A program made the translations under genes and the position numbers. This document shows, in pieces, positions 13,080 to 27,809 of a DNA stretch of 64,000 nucleotides. The stretch's first letter is position 1, and every line of letters starts with the position of its first letter. Origin of the DNA: Octopus vulgaris (Eukaryota); assembly GCA_951406725.2 (NCBI GenBank), contig OX597830.1, forward strand, positions 30,194,001 to 30,258,000, given 5' to 3'. Below the pieces are notes generated by a model. That model was not told the origin of the DNA, did no database searches, and saw only the letters and a program-made list of their open reading frames with translations.

Positions 13080-14177
13080 TTCAGAGGTGTCACTTTTGCA
13101 ACTATCCCGTTTTTAAATCAAACATAATGTATTTCGAACTATGTTACATAATCGACTCGAACATTTAAAGGAGGCTGGATATATATTGAGTAATACTTAA
13201 CGCAGACTTGGTACATATACTTGGAACTAACATTCCAAATATAGGTCTGGTTCAGACACAAATTTGTTTCCGCCAAGAAAATTTCTATTTTTGAAGTTTC
13301 AACAGGAATTCTTCAGTATTCTTCCCGGATTTCGGTAACTAATGAGAGCCGGATGCAATAAGCTAATATTGTACCTAACACCTAGTAAAAGACCTAACCT
13401 ATCTCTATCTATATAATTTACCTCTAAAGAAATTTGCCAGCTTATTCCTGTCTTGCTACTTTCTGCATTTTTAAACATTTTTTTTTCTTCACCTCTCCCC
13501 TTTCATGCCTTCTTTATATACCTTCTTTATTTATTGATCACTTACTATCTACCTACCTGGGTAATTATCTCTCTCATTCGCTCAATACACACACATACAC
13601 ACACTCTAACCCGTTCATAAACAAGTACTCACGCACAAGCATATAGCAATTATGTACGTAAGTTATACCAACACAAATAACATACGTGTATTGATATTTG
13701 TACCGGTATCCAGTTATTTATTTACCTGAATATACATTAACTTCACAGCATACGTGCAACTCCATCATATACACAGTAGCATATACTTAAACATACCTGT
13801 CTATCTAAGCATCACTCAATGTCCCTCCTCTCTCTCTCTTTATACATGTGCGTATGCGAGTCCATGTGTGTTTTTGTTTGTGTTTGTGGGAAAATGCACG
13901 TGCTGTGTATGCATACAATCATGGTATATTCCATATATATACAGATAAAGGCAGTAGATTTGACCGATGTCCTTTTGGCTTTTCAGTTTACCTCATCGTG
14001 ACTTGAAATCTTTTTTTCAATACACTTTATTCGTCCACCCCATTTCTCTCTCCTCCCTCTCTTTCCTCCTTCTCCCGCCTTTCTTTCTTTCTTTCTCTCT
14101 TTCTTTCTTTCTTTCGTTTTTTTCTTTCTTGCTCCCTCCATATACATATATAGACATATGTATAAGCATATGTATAC

Positions 14178-14262
<85 letters not shown>

Positions 14263-14307
14263 TACATATACATACATATATATATATATATATATACATA
14301 TATATAC

Positions 14308-14376
<69 letters not shown>

Positions 14377-15144
14377 CATGCACACACACATTCATACACA
14401 GAAAACTTATGTATATAGTTTGAGCCATCTTTTGGTCATTTTCTTTTTCTTTATTAATGCTCTCTTGTCCGTAGAATTTTCTTTCATCTTTATTCTTTAC
14501 CAAAATCTCTTCATCTTTCCTAATTTGTTTGTTTGTTTATCTACCTGTCAGTCTGTGTGTCTGTATGCATGTATGGCTGACTGTTTATCTGTCTGTGCGG
14601 GCTGAATGTTTGCTGTATTGACGACCATCCGCCTTGGCATTGCTCTCTTTGCTCCAAGTCCGAATACGCTAATTGGCACAATTATGATCGACTTTCTTCA
14701 AATAGAAGAGGAAAAGAAAGAAAAGAAAAAAATAGCAGCAAAAAAAAACAACTACAAAACACGCGTACAAATATACACACGCACACACACACACACACAT
14801 GCACACATATATACACTCATAACAGCGACAAGTATAGCACCAGCTACAGCAACAACAACAACAACAACAGCAAAAACGTATTCATGTGTCCATCGAAATG
14901 AAAGCAAGAAAAATAAAATAATTCCGCAATTCAGAGGGAACACAATACAAATTTGACCAACTGTTTTCATCCTGACGTCCACTTTTCACTGACCTTCTCT
15001 CCCCGCCCCTCCCACTAGCTTCTTTGTTTTTTTTATATAGCGTATATATATATATATATATATGAGTGCGTGTGTGTGTGTATCTATGCGTCTGTGCATA
15101 TATGTAAGTATGTATGTATGTATGTATCTATCTATCTATCTATC

Positions 15145-15178
<34 letters not shown>

Positions 15179-16075
15179 AAAACACACACACGCACATATA
15201 TATATAGAGAGAGTATATATCTATGTGTGTGTGTATGTGTCTGTGTAAACAGAGAGAGAGAGAGGACGAGAGAGAGGGCGAGAGAGAGTGGAAGAGAAGA
15301 GAGAAAGAGAGAGAGAGAGAAAGGGAACTGAATGCATGCGTATATGTATGTGTATATAGATAGATAGACAGACAGGCAAATATACAGATAGATAGGGATA
15401 TATATACACAAGCATGCAAATATATGCATACATACATACATACATGCATACTTACATACTTACATACATACATGCATACATACATGCATACATACATACA
15501 TACATACATACATACATACATACATACATACATACATACACACAAGATTGCATATACCTGTGTACTATTTACATAGATTGAATGCACTTTGAGTTACATC
15601 GGGTATATTATATTTTTTGCTGTATTCTTTACTATGATGTTTTTCAATTTCTTTTGCAGTTTTCTTTTTCCCAAACTTGTTCTATTTTGCCATTATTGTT
15701 ACCCAGTTTTTTTTTATAGAATTTGTTTAGTATTCTCCTTCAGTTTCTTTTTTTTGTTTTCATTTTCTTATATATATTTTCATTTTGTTTTACCTTTAAT
15801 ATATATCCTTCTCTATTGACCAGGACGAGTCCCTGAATCTTTACTTTCCTTTCATTTGAGATGAACTTTTTACAACTTGCTGGCCAGCTCTAATGTTTTA
15901 CTCCACCACCATCACACCGTCACATTTGTTTATATGTATAAGTGTATATGTGTGTGTCCGTGTATATATACACATATATACACATGTATATATATAGAGA
16001 GAGAGATAGATATATACGCATGTATATATATATAGATATATACACATGTATATATATATATATAGATATATACAC

Positions 16076-16109
<34 letters not shown>

Positions 16110-16160
16110 GTGTATGTATTTGTGTGTATATGTGCATGAGTATATGTATAAATATACATA

Positions 16161-16205
<45 letters not shown>

Positions 16206-16338
16206 ATATATATATATATATGTATATTTATCATCTATGTATAAACATACGTACGTATGTATATATGTTTATGTGTGTGTGTATGTGTGTCTATATGTGT
16301 GTACTTACATATGAATATATACATTTTATATTTATATC

Positions 16339-16377
<39 letters not shown>

Positions 16378-16393
16378 AAAAACACATGCACAA

Positions 16394-16433
<40 letters not shown>

Positions 16434-16972
16434 GTATGTATGTATGTATGTATGTATGTATTTTGAGAGAGAGTATAGGTATATATATACATAAACTGAA
16501 CAAGGTTCCTTTCAATAGAATCAGTTCTTTTGGACATTAAGGTTTATTAACTAGCCATTTTGTTTAGTCGTAGCAGACGACCGGTCGGCTGGCTGTCCGG
16601 CTGGTCGGTCGGTCGGTCGGACCATGCCTGGCGGCGTTACCGAGAAGTTTAGGTGCCATCCAGAAAGCATTTTAACCTAGTTAAAAACATCCGTATGAAT
16701 ATTGGGGAAAATTAGAAATACTAACAATAGACTAATGATATCAAGTCCCATTGCAGCCGGCGGGAAATATCCTGCCAATCAGATACAAAAACTCAATGAA
16801 ATCACTTCTATTTTGTTTCTTTCCGATATTCTTTACATGGAATTCGAATTCTTTCTTTCCTTCCTCTCCGTTTTCTTCTTTCCTTTCTAGTTTAGTCTTC
16901 TTCTGTTTTCTTTCTATATTTTTTTCTTGGTTTCTATCGGTGGACATATGTATATTTTTGAGTTTGTTACAT

Positions 16973-17055
<83 letters not shown>

Positions 17056-17759
17056 GTATATATATATATGTGTATGTATGTGTATATACGTTGTTGTTTC
17101 GTATATTCTCTTCTTTCAAATTTGTTCATTTTTCATCGTATTTATTTTACGTTTCTTTTATATATTTTTCTTTTATGGTAGCTTTTAGTGCTAGTTTTAT
17201 TCACATTTTTTTTTTATTATTTTATCTTCTTATTCTTTCCATTTCTACTTGTTGTAGTTGTTGCTGTTGTTGATTTGGCTTTCACAGAAGATAACTTACT
17301 TTTATTATCATCTTTAGTTATCGTTATTAAAAGAGTAATGTTGGTGATGGTGATGGCGATGATGATGATGATAATGATGAAGATGATGATAGCAACAACG
17401 ACAACAACAATAATAATAATGATAATAATTTTTCTTTATTTATTTTTGTTTCTTTTTCCACTCACAAGTTGTATTTATACTTTTATTTCCATGCTATTTT
17501 TTATTTTTGTTATTTTATATATGATATTTTATACTAATATTATTAGTTCTGTTTTTCTTTTCTCTTTTCTTTTCCTTTTTTTTTTACATTTCTTTCTCCA
17601 ATCCTTCCAGTCCTGTGACATTTTCTACCCAATGTCCAATGATGAGATTTCCATGAAATACATCAGCTTACAAACAAAATAATAAATATTAGATGAACAA
17701 AAACAAAAATGGAAAGAAATAATTAAAAAAAACTTTGCAAATAACAAAAAAAATACCAG

Positions 17760-17990
<231 letters not shown>

Positions 17991-18603
17991 AGAGTGATAG
18001 AAATAAACGAGAGAGAAAAAGAGTTAAAAGAAATCAAGGCAAGAAGAAAAAGATTAGCAAACGGTACACATCCTTGCTTCCTTTTGTTGATCTTAAGAAG
18101 CGTTCTCTTTCAGGATTCATTAGTTGCTATCTTACTTTACATCTTTTGTTGGTGTTTGATTGTACAAACTTCATTTGAATGACCTCAAGAGGGAAAGGTC
18201 GAATCATGATATAAGGTAAATACCAAACCTTTTCCCAAGACGCCGGCTCATTGTTTATCTTTGAAGTTTGCTTGTTTGTTTGTTTGTTTGTTGGGTTGTT
18301 GGTTTTTTGTTTTGTTATTTGTTATTTGTATTATCTTTTTTTTTGTTTTGTTTTCGTTGTGGGTCGGTTGTTATTTCTTGTTCGTTATTGTTGCTTTTTG
18401 TAAGTTGTTACAAGTTGCGTAGTTCGTTTTATTTTCTACCGTTTAAAAATGAACAACAGCAACCAAAGTTGATGGCTTAATGGTTAGAGCAATGGCAATA
18501 GCAACAACAAAGACAGGGAAAGCAATGCAGCCTCCTCTGAGTGGCAGATAAATCCAGTAGATATAGCAGCCAAATATTCCTCCAATCGCATCTACTATCT
18601 TAA

Positions 18604-18795
18604 ACCTTTAACATTTAAACCGGCCGTATCTAGCCCGGATATTTCCTTCCTTTCACACTTACCCTACAATGTCATTCTAATAATAAACAATCACATCATC
18701 AAGATCCCAAGGATACGACACAATGCATGATTAATTCAGAAAGCTGTGAATAAATAAGCGTTATATTTGAAACAAATAGTCTGAATGATAAAGAG
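18604..18795. mobile_element. Decayed piggyBac-type MITE
   Basis: TTAA-ACCTTTAACATTTA left end versus CTGAATGATAAAGAG right end (degenerate CCCTTTAGCATTCAG-type TIR). Confidence 0.45.
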
Positions 18796-19004
18796 TATGT
18801 AGGAACAAATTATAAAATGAAGTATAGTATGTCCCTGCAGTGCTTTTCGTTGTTGGTCTGGTTGATTTCGATTCTTATGGGGATATACAATAAAACTAGG
18901 ATCAAAAAGATCAAGCAAATCGGCGTCAAAATCATGGAAGGGCCAAAACTATAGTATTGAGTTCTCAATTTTGCTCAATACCAGCAGATTCGGTGGAGGA
19001 GCTA

Positions 19005-19180
19005 AGTCGATTACATCAACCCCAGTGCTCAACTGGTGCTTATTTTATCGATCCCGACAGGACGAAAGGTAAAGTCGACCTCGGCGTGTTTACCTTTCAT
19101 CTTACTCAGAACGTAAAGCTGGGCGAAATCGCTCCAAGCATTTTACACGGCGCGCTACCGAGTCTGCCAACTTGCTGCCT
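19005..19180 (-). mobile_element. SINE C, diverged
   Basis: AAGTCGATTACATC..AAAGTCGACCTCGGCG. Confidence 0.65.
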
Positions 19181-19415
19181 TCACTTTAATCATTCTTTTC
19201 TGAGAAAGGCACGAGGCCAGATATATTATAGGGACGGTGCAAAGGAATAGATTGTTTCCAACCAACGATCAAAATATAATTTTAATTTATTTGACATTTT
19301 TTGAGCACATGACAAATCGGATGGATATGAAAACTGAAAAATTTGCAAAGCATTACTTTAGATACGCACAAACGCACATACACATCCCTGCAGCACAAAC
19401 ACTCAAATATATATG

Positions 19416-19446
<31 letters not shown>

Positions 19447-19461
19447 ACACACACACACACA

Positions 19462-19495
<34 letters not shown>

Positions 19496-19547
19496 ATATT
19501 CACATATATATATGATATACATACGTACATCCACACACAAACACACA

Positions 19548-19628
<81 letters not shown>

Positions 19629-19738
19629 TTATTATATAGAAGATTTACAGGACTAGTACTTTCATTCATCTTAGCTAAGATTTCTCTTGATAAACAGTAC
19701 AGTATGTAGAAGCTCCTCTATATATATATCAACCCGGA

Positions 19739-19773
<35 letters not shown>

Positions 19774-19959
19774 ATGTTCACTAGGATGTTAAGTTTTGCC
19801 TTGCCGTTTATTGAAGAGGTCTATTAATTTAAGCCATCAACATGAATTTTGCAATCAATTTGACTATAATTTCATAATTGAGTCCTGGCATTATTAAATG
19901 CTTCGATTTTCTTCTGAAAATTGCATTTAGAATGATAACAACACTTGAAAATACCTACA

Positions 19960-20165
19960 GAAAGGCGGCAAGCTAGCAGAATAGCTAGTATGCCAGACAA
20001 ATATGGGATGCAGTATTTCACTTGACTTTGCGTTCTAGTCCTCTTTGCCGAGGTCGACTTTGCCTTTCGGTTCGATAAAATATGTATCTGTCGGTCACTA
20101 GGGCCGCAGAAAACGACTGTCCCTCTCCACTATAATTTTAGTTTCTGTGCCTTCAATGAGAAAGA
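19960..20165 (+). mobile_element. SINE C, diverged
   Basis: AAGGCGGCAAGCTAGCAGAA head and GAGGTCGACTTTGCCTTTC. Confidence 0.65.
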
Positions 20166-20696
20166 AATTAAAACTCACAAACTACCATAAGCTCTCTCAC
20201 ACGCACATGCTGGCATTTACACACGTGCAAAACACACACAAGCTCACACATATACAATACACGCATACAAGCGTACACATATTATTGTTATTAGAAAGTT
20301 ACACACAATGCATCGTGGTCCGGGATCGACAAAATATAATAGCATGAAGGAAGGGTGGACGGGTAAAATTGGCACAATGTTGGGGTATGTAATTTGCGAA
20401 GTTTTCCGAGCACTTTATAGTTTGAATTTGCTTGTGAAGGTACAGAGGGCAAGATATGTGAGTGGTTATCTTTGTCTTAGAACAGTACGGTGGTGAGAGA
20501 GGGGCGAATGCAGTCATGTATAATTTAAAACTAAGCTTTCTAGAGATTCTTAATACCGAGCGAATGTAACTTCGTTTGTTCTCATTCAAAACATAGACGA
20601 GGATCAACACTTCTATTCTGGCATGCTTGAAGAATTCTGATGATCATCTCCTCATGTGAAACGATTGGCTGCGCTGGTAACCTACGAATAAAGTGC

Positions 20697-21190
20697 ATAC
20701 ACACACACATACACACTCACACATACACATAAACCCACGCGCTCAATCACATACACACACAATCATGCATACACACGCACTCACACAAACACACACTCAC
20801 ACACACACTCACACACACACATTCACACACACTCACACACACACACACACACATACACACTCACACACACCCACACACACACACTCACAGACACTCTCAC
20901 ACACACACACACTCACTCAGACACTCACACATACACACACACATAAACACACTCACAAACACTCACACACTCACACACACACACTCACACACACACACAC
21001 ACACACACTCACACACACACACTCACACACACTCACACACACTCACTCACACACAGTCACACACACACACATACACACACTCACACACACATACACTCAC
21101 TCACACACACTCATTCACACTCACACACACACACACTCACTCATACACACACACTCACGCAAACACACTCACACACACATACACATACAT
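20697..21190. repeat. Long imperfect (CA)n/(CACT) tract
   Basis: Direct reading. Confidence 0.95.
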
Positions 21191-21287
21191 ATCTTTTAAA
21201 TTCGTTAAGGTAACGTTAGGAGTATGCAACTAAAGCTCCTGTCTGTTTATGCCGGCGACCGTTTACTGATACTGAATTGTGAGTCTC

Positions 21288-21437
21288 CGCCGATGTCGAC
21301 TTTGCCTTTCATCCTTTCGGGGTCGATAAATTAAGTACCAGTTACGCACTGGGGTCGATGTAATCGACTTAATACCTATGTCTGTCCTTGTTTGTCCCCT
21401 CTGTGTTTAGCCCCTTGTGGGTAATAAAGAAATAGAA
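21288..21437 (+). mobile_element. SINE C, 5'-truncated
   Basis: Near-consensus 3' half ending AAAGAAATAGAAATA. Confidence 0.85.
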
Positions 21438-21661
21438 ATAGATTAAACTAACAACACTTGGTTGTTAGTTTGGTTCGTGAGGAGTGTTAATGAACGCACT
21501 ACAAGATGAAAAACAAATCCTGTCAAAGGATGGCTGAATTCATTAAAGTCAACGATCATACAATACTGTGTAGAAAAGTTTGATCCTGCTATTTTTCATG
21601 GACAGTTACTGTAGCAATCAACTGTTGCCATTGGTGCAGAAAAGGCGTTTGTAATAATAAA

Positions 21662-21923
21662 AAAATAAATAAATGCGCCCTTTTTTAAAGCCTAGCCAGG
21701 CTCATGGGCCCGGTTTCCCGGTTTCTATGGCGTATGCGTTCCCCACCTGGGCAGGACGCCAATCCATCGCAGCGTTACTCATTTTTGCTATCTGAGTTGA
21801 TTGGAGCAACGTGAAAAGAAGTGTTTTGCACAAGAACACAACGCGTCACCCGATCCAGGAATCGAAATCACAATCTTACGATCATGGTGCTGATACCCTA
21901 ACCATTAAGCCACGCGCCTCCAC
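21662..21923 (-). mobile_element. SINE A2
   Basis: Reverse of the 4348 type; 12-bp duplication TGTAATAATAAA on both sides. Confidence 0.85.
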
Positions 21924-22923
21924 TGTAATAATAAAGGTAATAAATAAATGAAAAGTGAAAGAACCAAAGAGAAAAATATACACTTAAAAGAAAGGAAAAT
22001 ATTTTAAAAAGTCTAAATGTAGATACGTCCACGAAAATAAAACTTTAATACACATATTTTTACGTACTTAGACGCGCGCATGTCTAAAGAGAGGGACGCG
22101 TTTGTAATAATGGATAGGCACGAAATATCAGTTTCAGTCAGCAGAGAACTATGGCAATGAATGTAGGCATGCTATACGATATTATTGGAAGTGTGTGATC
22201 TATCCGCTTCCTAAGACATCGCTTGAAGACAAAGAAAACACTGATGTAAAGCCTACGACTCGATGGCAGTCAATAATTTTGACTAGGTCTTGTTTTTACG
22301 CTACGTGTCATCGTTCTTCGGGAAGTGGGATTAGCCGTTTGCGAGAACTCTCTTCACTTTAAAAATGCATTATGCACAGGCATCGCTTGACGTACGAGTG
22401 CACTCATCCGATGCTCGTGAACGAGAAAACAAGCATCATGTATGCATATGGATATAGACATACATACACATATATGATTATTGCCTCGTTTTGTCACATG
22501 ATAGCCGTTTCACGTGTGAGACATCTGTACATCGTTAGATTTAAGTGATACAAGCTTTATATTTTGCCACGCTTTTGGTCTCCAAAGCACGTTCCATTGG
22601 CAAGAATTGCTTCATAACTGGTACTCTACTGATTACAAGTCTTTTGTCAGCGTATCTTTCCCCTAAAAGAACTACCTTGTCCAACAGCTCTGTCAAAAAT
22701 GACGGAAACCTCCTCTACCCTGTCACTCTATTTAAGTCCTGAGACCTGACCTGTACTACTGTTTCGAGTGGGAATGGACTTGCAAGTAAAGGTGAGTGAC
22801 TCCTCGCTCACCTAGAACTCCCAAACTGGATCCTCACCAATGGATCCAGCTTAATGTCATATATACTTATACATGTATGTATGTATATATGTATGTACAT
22901 ATGCATGTATGTAGGTATATATA

Positions 22924-23117
22924 TAACGGGAAGCTTTATGAAAATAAACAAAAGACGAAGGCAGGTGGAATACAAACAAAAAATTGTATTAGTATGGCGC
23001 TCAGGAATATAAATAAAACAAGTCTTTTACGTTTCGAGCCTACACTCTTCAACAGAAAGGTACACAGAAAAGAAACACAGAAAGAAACAAGGAGAGAAAA
23101 AAATGCGTGCAGAGGCT

Positions 23118-23120
<3 letters not shown>
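22924..23120 (-). mobile_element. Short (TA)n-associated element, family D, with hammerhead-like fold
   Basis: Homologous to 24888-25056 and 40751-40940. Confidence 0.7.
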
Positions 23121-23175
<55 letters not shown>

Positions 23176-23177
<2 letters not shown>

Positions 23178-23300
23178 CAATTGCAGCGTGGAAGGTGTTT
23201 CTTAAATGGCTTATAAACACCTTCCACGCTGCAATTGTTTTCGTTCCAGCACACGATCTCAGATCAGGTCACTTGCTATGCAAGTACATCTCCGTAATAT
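23176..23300 (+). mobile_element. 5'-truncated copy of the 36783-37000 element with 25-bp snap-back hairpin
   Basis: Perfect arms 23176-23200 and 23215-23239; shared 3' end CAAGTACATCTCCGTAATAT. Confidence 0.8.
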
Positions 23301-23324
23301 ATAAATGTATGTATGTATATATAT

Positions 23325-23402
<78 letters not shown>

Positions 23403-23694
23403 GTATGATTGCACGTATGCATGTATATGCATACATACAAAGTGAGAGAGAGAGAGAGCTATTCATATACACGTTTATATATATTTGTATATCTGTAAGT
23501 TTTCAAATTTATGTATTATAACTACGTGATGTTAACGATGTGTGTTGCTCATCGTAAAGATTTCAGTAACGATTCTATAAATACATCTCCTATTTGTCTA
23601 ATCTCTTCTTTAATAAATCTCAGTCTAGAAATTACTTTAGCATGAAAATCTAAGTCCCTAAATAATTACTTTAGTATCCTCAGCTAATTAAATG

Positions 23695-23743
<49 letters not shown>

Positions 23744-23746
23744 TTA

Positions 23747-23831
<85 letters not shown>

Positions 23832-23936
23832 TCACACACTAACAAACACACACGTACACATATACGTGTGTGTGTGCACGCATATGTGCGCGTGTGTATA
23901 TGTGTGTGCGTAAGCATGTATGTATATATATATATT

Positions 23937-24050
<114 letters not shown>

Positions 24051-24733
24051 TGTATGTATATATGTATGTACATATATATATATAAGGTCGTAATTTATAA
24101 TAACTGTCTAAAAATTACAATTTGTGTCTACTTCTGCTTCTGGGGATTAAATTCGCAGAACACGAACATGAGTAATACAAAATAGCGTGCAATCTCTCGT
24201 TCTCTCTTACTTTTGTCTCCCTGTTTAGACATGCGCACGTCTAAGTACATAAAAATATGTGTATTAAAGTTTTATTTTCGTGGACAAAAATATTTCCCAT
24301 TCTTTTACGTGTATATTTTTCTCTCGTATTTATTACCTCTGCCTTACTTCTGTCGTTCGCACTATTTATCTCACCATCTCTCTTTCTATTAGTAAATAGC
24401 TCGTACTTCGTATCTCTTTCTCATTTTTATACTCTGTATTTTCTTTTTTCTGCACACCGCACTCCAACTCTCCTTGTTTGTCTTCTAAACATTGCCTTAA
24501 AAATACAAACGTTTACATTTCTCTTGCATTTTCTATATTCTCCTCTCGCTTACTGAACTCACGTAAGAAACGTTATAAGCTTGCGCTTATAACGTTTCAG
24601 ACCGGATCTCAGAATTAAACAGCTGAAATCTGCGATGAGGGATCAGTTTCTGACTGAAGAATGAAGGCTTTGAATGACCCGTTTGTTTTTTTGTTCGTCC
24701 CTTCGTGTATTTCACGTTATTTATGTAAAGGTT

Positions 24734-24796
<63 letters not shown>

Positions 24797-24811
24797 CGTA
24801 TATATATATAC

Positions 24812-24887
<76 letters not shown>

Positions 24888-24889
<2 letters not shown>

Positions 24890-25056
24890 GCCTTGTTTCT
24901 CTCCTTGTTTTTTTTTTCTGTATCCCTTTCTGTAGAAGAGCGTAGGCTCGAAACGTAAAAGACGTTTTCAATTCCTGGGCGTTATACTAATACATCTGTT
25001 TGTTTTGTACACCACCTGCTTTCGTCTTTTGTTTTTTTCGTGAACTCTCCCCCCTA
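24888..25056 (+). mobile_element. Family D element with hammerhead-like motif at 24926-24961
   Basis: CTTT-CTGTAGAA-GAGCgtagGCTC-GAAA-CG-TA-AAAG. Confidence 0.7.
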
Positions 25057-25149
25057 TATATATGTATATAAATATATGTATACATTGACGTTCGTATAAT
25101 ATATATATATATATATATATATATCATAATAATATTGATAAAAAAGATA

Positions 25150-25154
25150 ATTAC

Positions 25155-25229
<75 letters not shown>

Positions 25230-25242
25230 TATCATTATCATT

Positions 25243-25273
<31 letters not shown>

Positions 25274-25530
25274 TTATTATTATTATTATTATTATCATCC
25301 TCATTATTATTATCATTATTATTACTACTATTACTATCATCCTGGTTTCTCTATGCCACGTGTTACCTTAGAGACGCAGCACTTCCCTCAACACATGTGC
25401 TACTCTGAGTATGCTGCTATCTGTCTACTTCCAATGAAGTTTGGAATTTACAGCTTTTTAGCTCAGAATATTACTTTCTCAAAGATGGTCCGAAATGCAC
25501 CGATCACTATCGGTATTACAGTCTGGCACA
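25150..25530 (-). mobile_element. RLE non-LTR (R4/Dong-like) 3' fragment followed by (TAA)n
   Basis: Minus strand reads TVIPIVIGAF..QIAA, resembling the PIVIGALG..QKAA.LG C-terminus; ends in a long TAA-type tract. Confidence 0.55.
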
Positions 25531-25639
25531 CTGTGGAACTGAAGTCAAAGCAAAGCAGTGGCAAATGAGTTTCTTAAGCAGAAATCAATGACCTATACTA
25601 TACCCATAAACAATAAAATGAGGCAAACAAGAAAATTAT

Positions 25640-25790
25640 TGATTTCAAATTTTGGTACAAGTCCAGCAATTTCGGAAGCGGATGGGCAATTCGATTACAT
25701 CGACCCTAGTAATTAAGTGGTACTGACTTTATCGATTCTGAAATGATAAAATGCGAAGTCGACCTCCGCGGAATTTGAACTCAAAACATG
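25640..25790 (-). mobile_element. SINE C with alternative 3' tail
   Basis: CGATTACATCGACCC..GTCGACCTCCGCGGAATTTGAACTC. Confidence 0.7.
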
Positions 25791-26059
25791 AAAATAATTA
25801 AAACTATATCTGTAATGAACAGACTCAATTATTAGGTGTTAAAGCGTAATAATGGCCAAGTCTGTTTGTCTCTCGTACCTCTTTTAACCAGAACTAATGA
25901 TGAAAACTTATGAATTTGTTCTCTTCCACAGCGGTGTAACTTATTATCTATATTTTCCATTTTGTTACATCAAATATCTAAGCTTACCTTACACTTAATC
26001 TTTTGGTTAATGCAGAAGGGGCCTTTCTTTCAGTCTTGTATTTTGGTTTTTCTTTAATT

Positions 26060-26284
26060 CTTTTACTTTTTTTCAGTCATTTGTCTGCGGCCATGCTGGA
26101 GCACCACATTTAGTCGAACAAATCGAGCCTAAGACTTATTCTTTGTAAGCCTGGTACTTACACTATCGGTCCCTTTTGTCGAACCGTTATGTTACGGGGA
26201 CGTAAACACACCAATATCGGTTGTCAAGCGACAGTGGGGGTGGGGCAAACACAGACTCACAAAAACACACACATATATATATAC

Positions 26285-26337
<53 letters not shown>

Positions 26338-26475
26338 TATACGACGGGCTTCTTTCAGTTTCCGTCTACCAAATCCACTCACAAGGCTTTAGTCGGCCCA
26401 GGGCTATAGTAGAAGACACTTGCCCGGAACCATGTGATTGGGAAGCAAACGTCTTACCACACAGCCACGCAGCGC
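26060..26475 (-). mobile_element. SINE B
   Basis: Reverse copy with internal TA tract. Confidence 0.85.
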
Positions 26476-26948
26476 CAAGGAGTATTTTTTCTTCCCTCAT
26501 TCACTATTCTACTATATTACTTATATTTTCCCCATTTTAATGTACGTCTCCTAATTCACAGCCGTCACGTATGCAAATTAATCTTTTACTCTGATCTATT
26601 GTTACATTAGCCGCGCTAAGATACAATGAAAATTTCAGGTAATGCCGTGTTCGGTATCAACACACATCAGATACCATTGATTACATCGATCATAGCCTCT
26701 TTTCTGACTTTGTTTTGAGCGGTTGTTGTTTTTTTTTGTTTGTATTATTAGTTTATTCTTTATATATTTATACAATATTTATACATTTATTTTAATGGAT
26801 TCGATTTCATTTTCGAATATGTTTTAGGTCAGGGACTGTGCTAACGTCATCTGTTTGTTAGTTACATTATCTGCCATATTCTGTGATAACAAGAAGCCAT
26901 CTTAACCAGCCAAGTCTTTGATATAATTACTTACGCATATATGTAAGC

Positions 26949-26979
<31 letters not shown>

Positions 26980-27005
26980 CATACATACATACATACATAC
27001 ATACA

Positions 27006-27041
<36 letters not shown>

Positions 27042-27255
27042 TATATATTTAAGTAGGTGAATGAATTATCCTATGTTTATCGACAGCATGGAAAATTCGT
27101 TTAACCGAAACCTGGGTAGCAAATTCACGTCAGAAAACACTGTTGAAGCGACCTGTCAATGGTAGAAACTCCGGGTTCATGTGTAGAAATTTGTGTGTTG
27201 TATATGAATAAATGAAAAAATAGAGTCGAACGAAGATTTTAACAAAATTCCTTTA

Positions 27256-27337
27256 CTCTCGGCACATGTTTCGAAGACAGCATGTTTTCATTCCAAAGGA
27301 ATAAAGGGTGCATTATGCAATCTTCTCATCAGGAAAG
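27256..27337 (-). ncRNA. Hammerhead in PLE 3' region (cleavage triplet mutated to GCC)
   Basis: Reverse complement of 28560-28641 except GTC to GCC and a stem II change. Confidence 0.65.
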
Positions 27338-27809
27338 AAAGGGAGCCTCTCTCGACAACAAGACAAACAAAAATTTCGATGATTGCCTACATGGTAAACA
27401 AAGCGATAATGAGTGCATTTTTTAAAAATCCGTCAGAAGAATTGACGTCAAAGATAGATAGTAGGAAGAGAAGGGATAAAGTAATAATAGGTAGGGAACA
27501 GTATGTTTGCTGTATGTATGGAAATGTGTGGGTGTGTCCTTGTGTTAATGAGTGCGTGTGTTTGTGTGTGTGTGTATGTGTGTGTGTATAACTGCATTTG
27601 TGTCTGTGTGTGTGATTGCGTGTGTGCGAGAGAGACAGACGTCAAAGATAGATAGTAGTAAGGAAGGTATAAAGGAGTAATAGGTAGGGAACAAGTGGAG
27701 AGGGAAGTGTACGTTGATTGAAAGAATGTTGGAAGGCTTAGGAAAGAATTTCTCTATAGCAGTTGGGTGGACGTGAAGCTAATTGTTCAAACCACAGTGA
27801 CTATCGTTA

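Noticed and set aside
20635-20675. CTGATGA-tcatctcctcatgt-GAAACG
   Set aside because: Lacks a usable cleavage triplet and stem I
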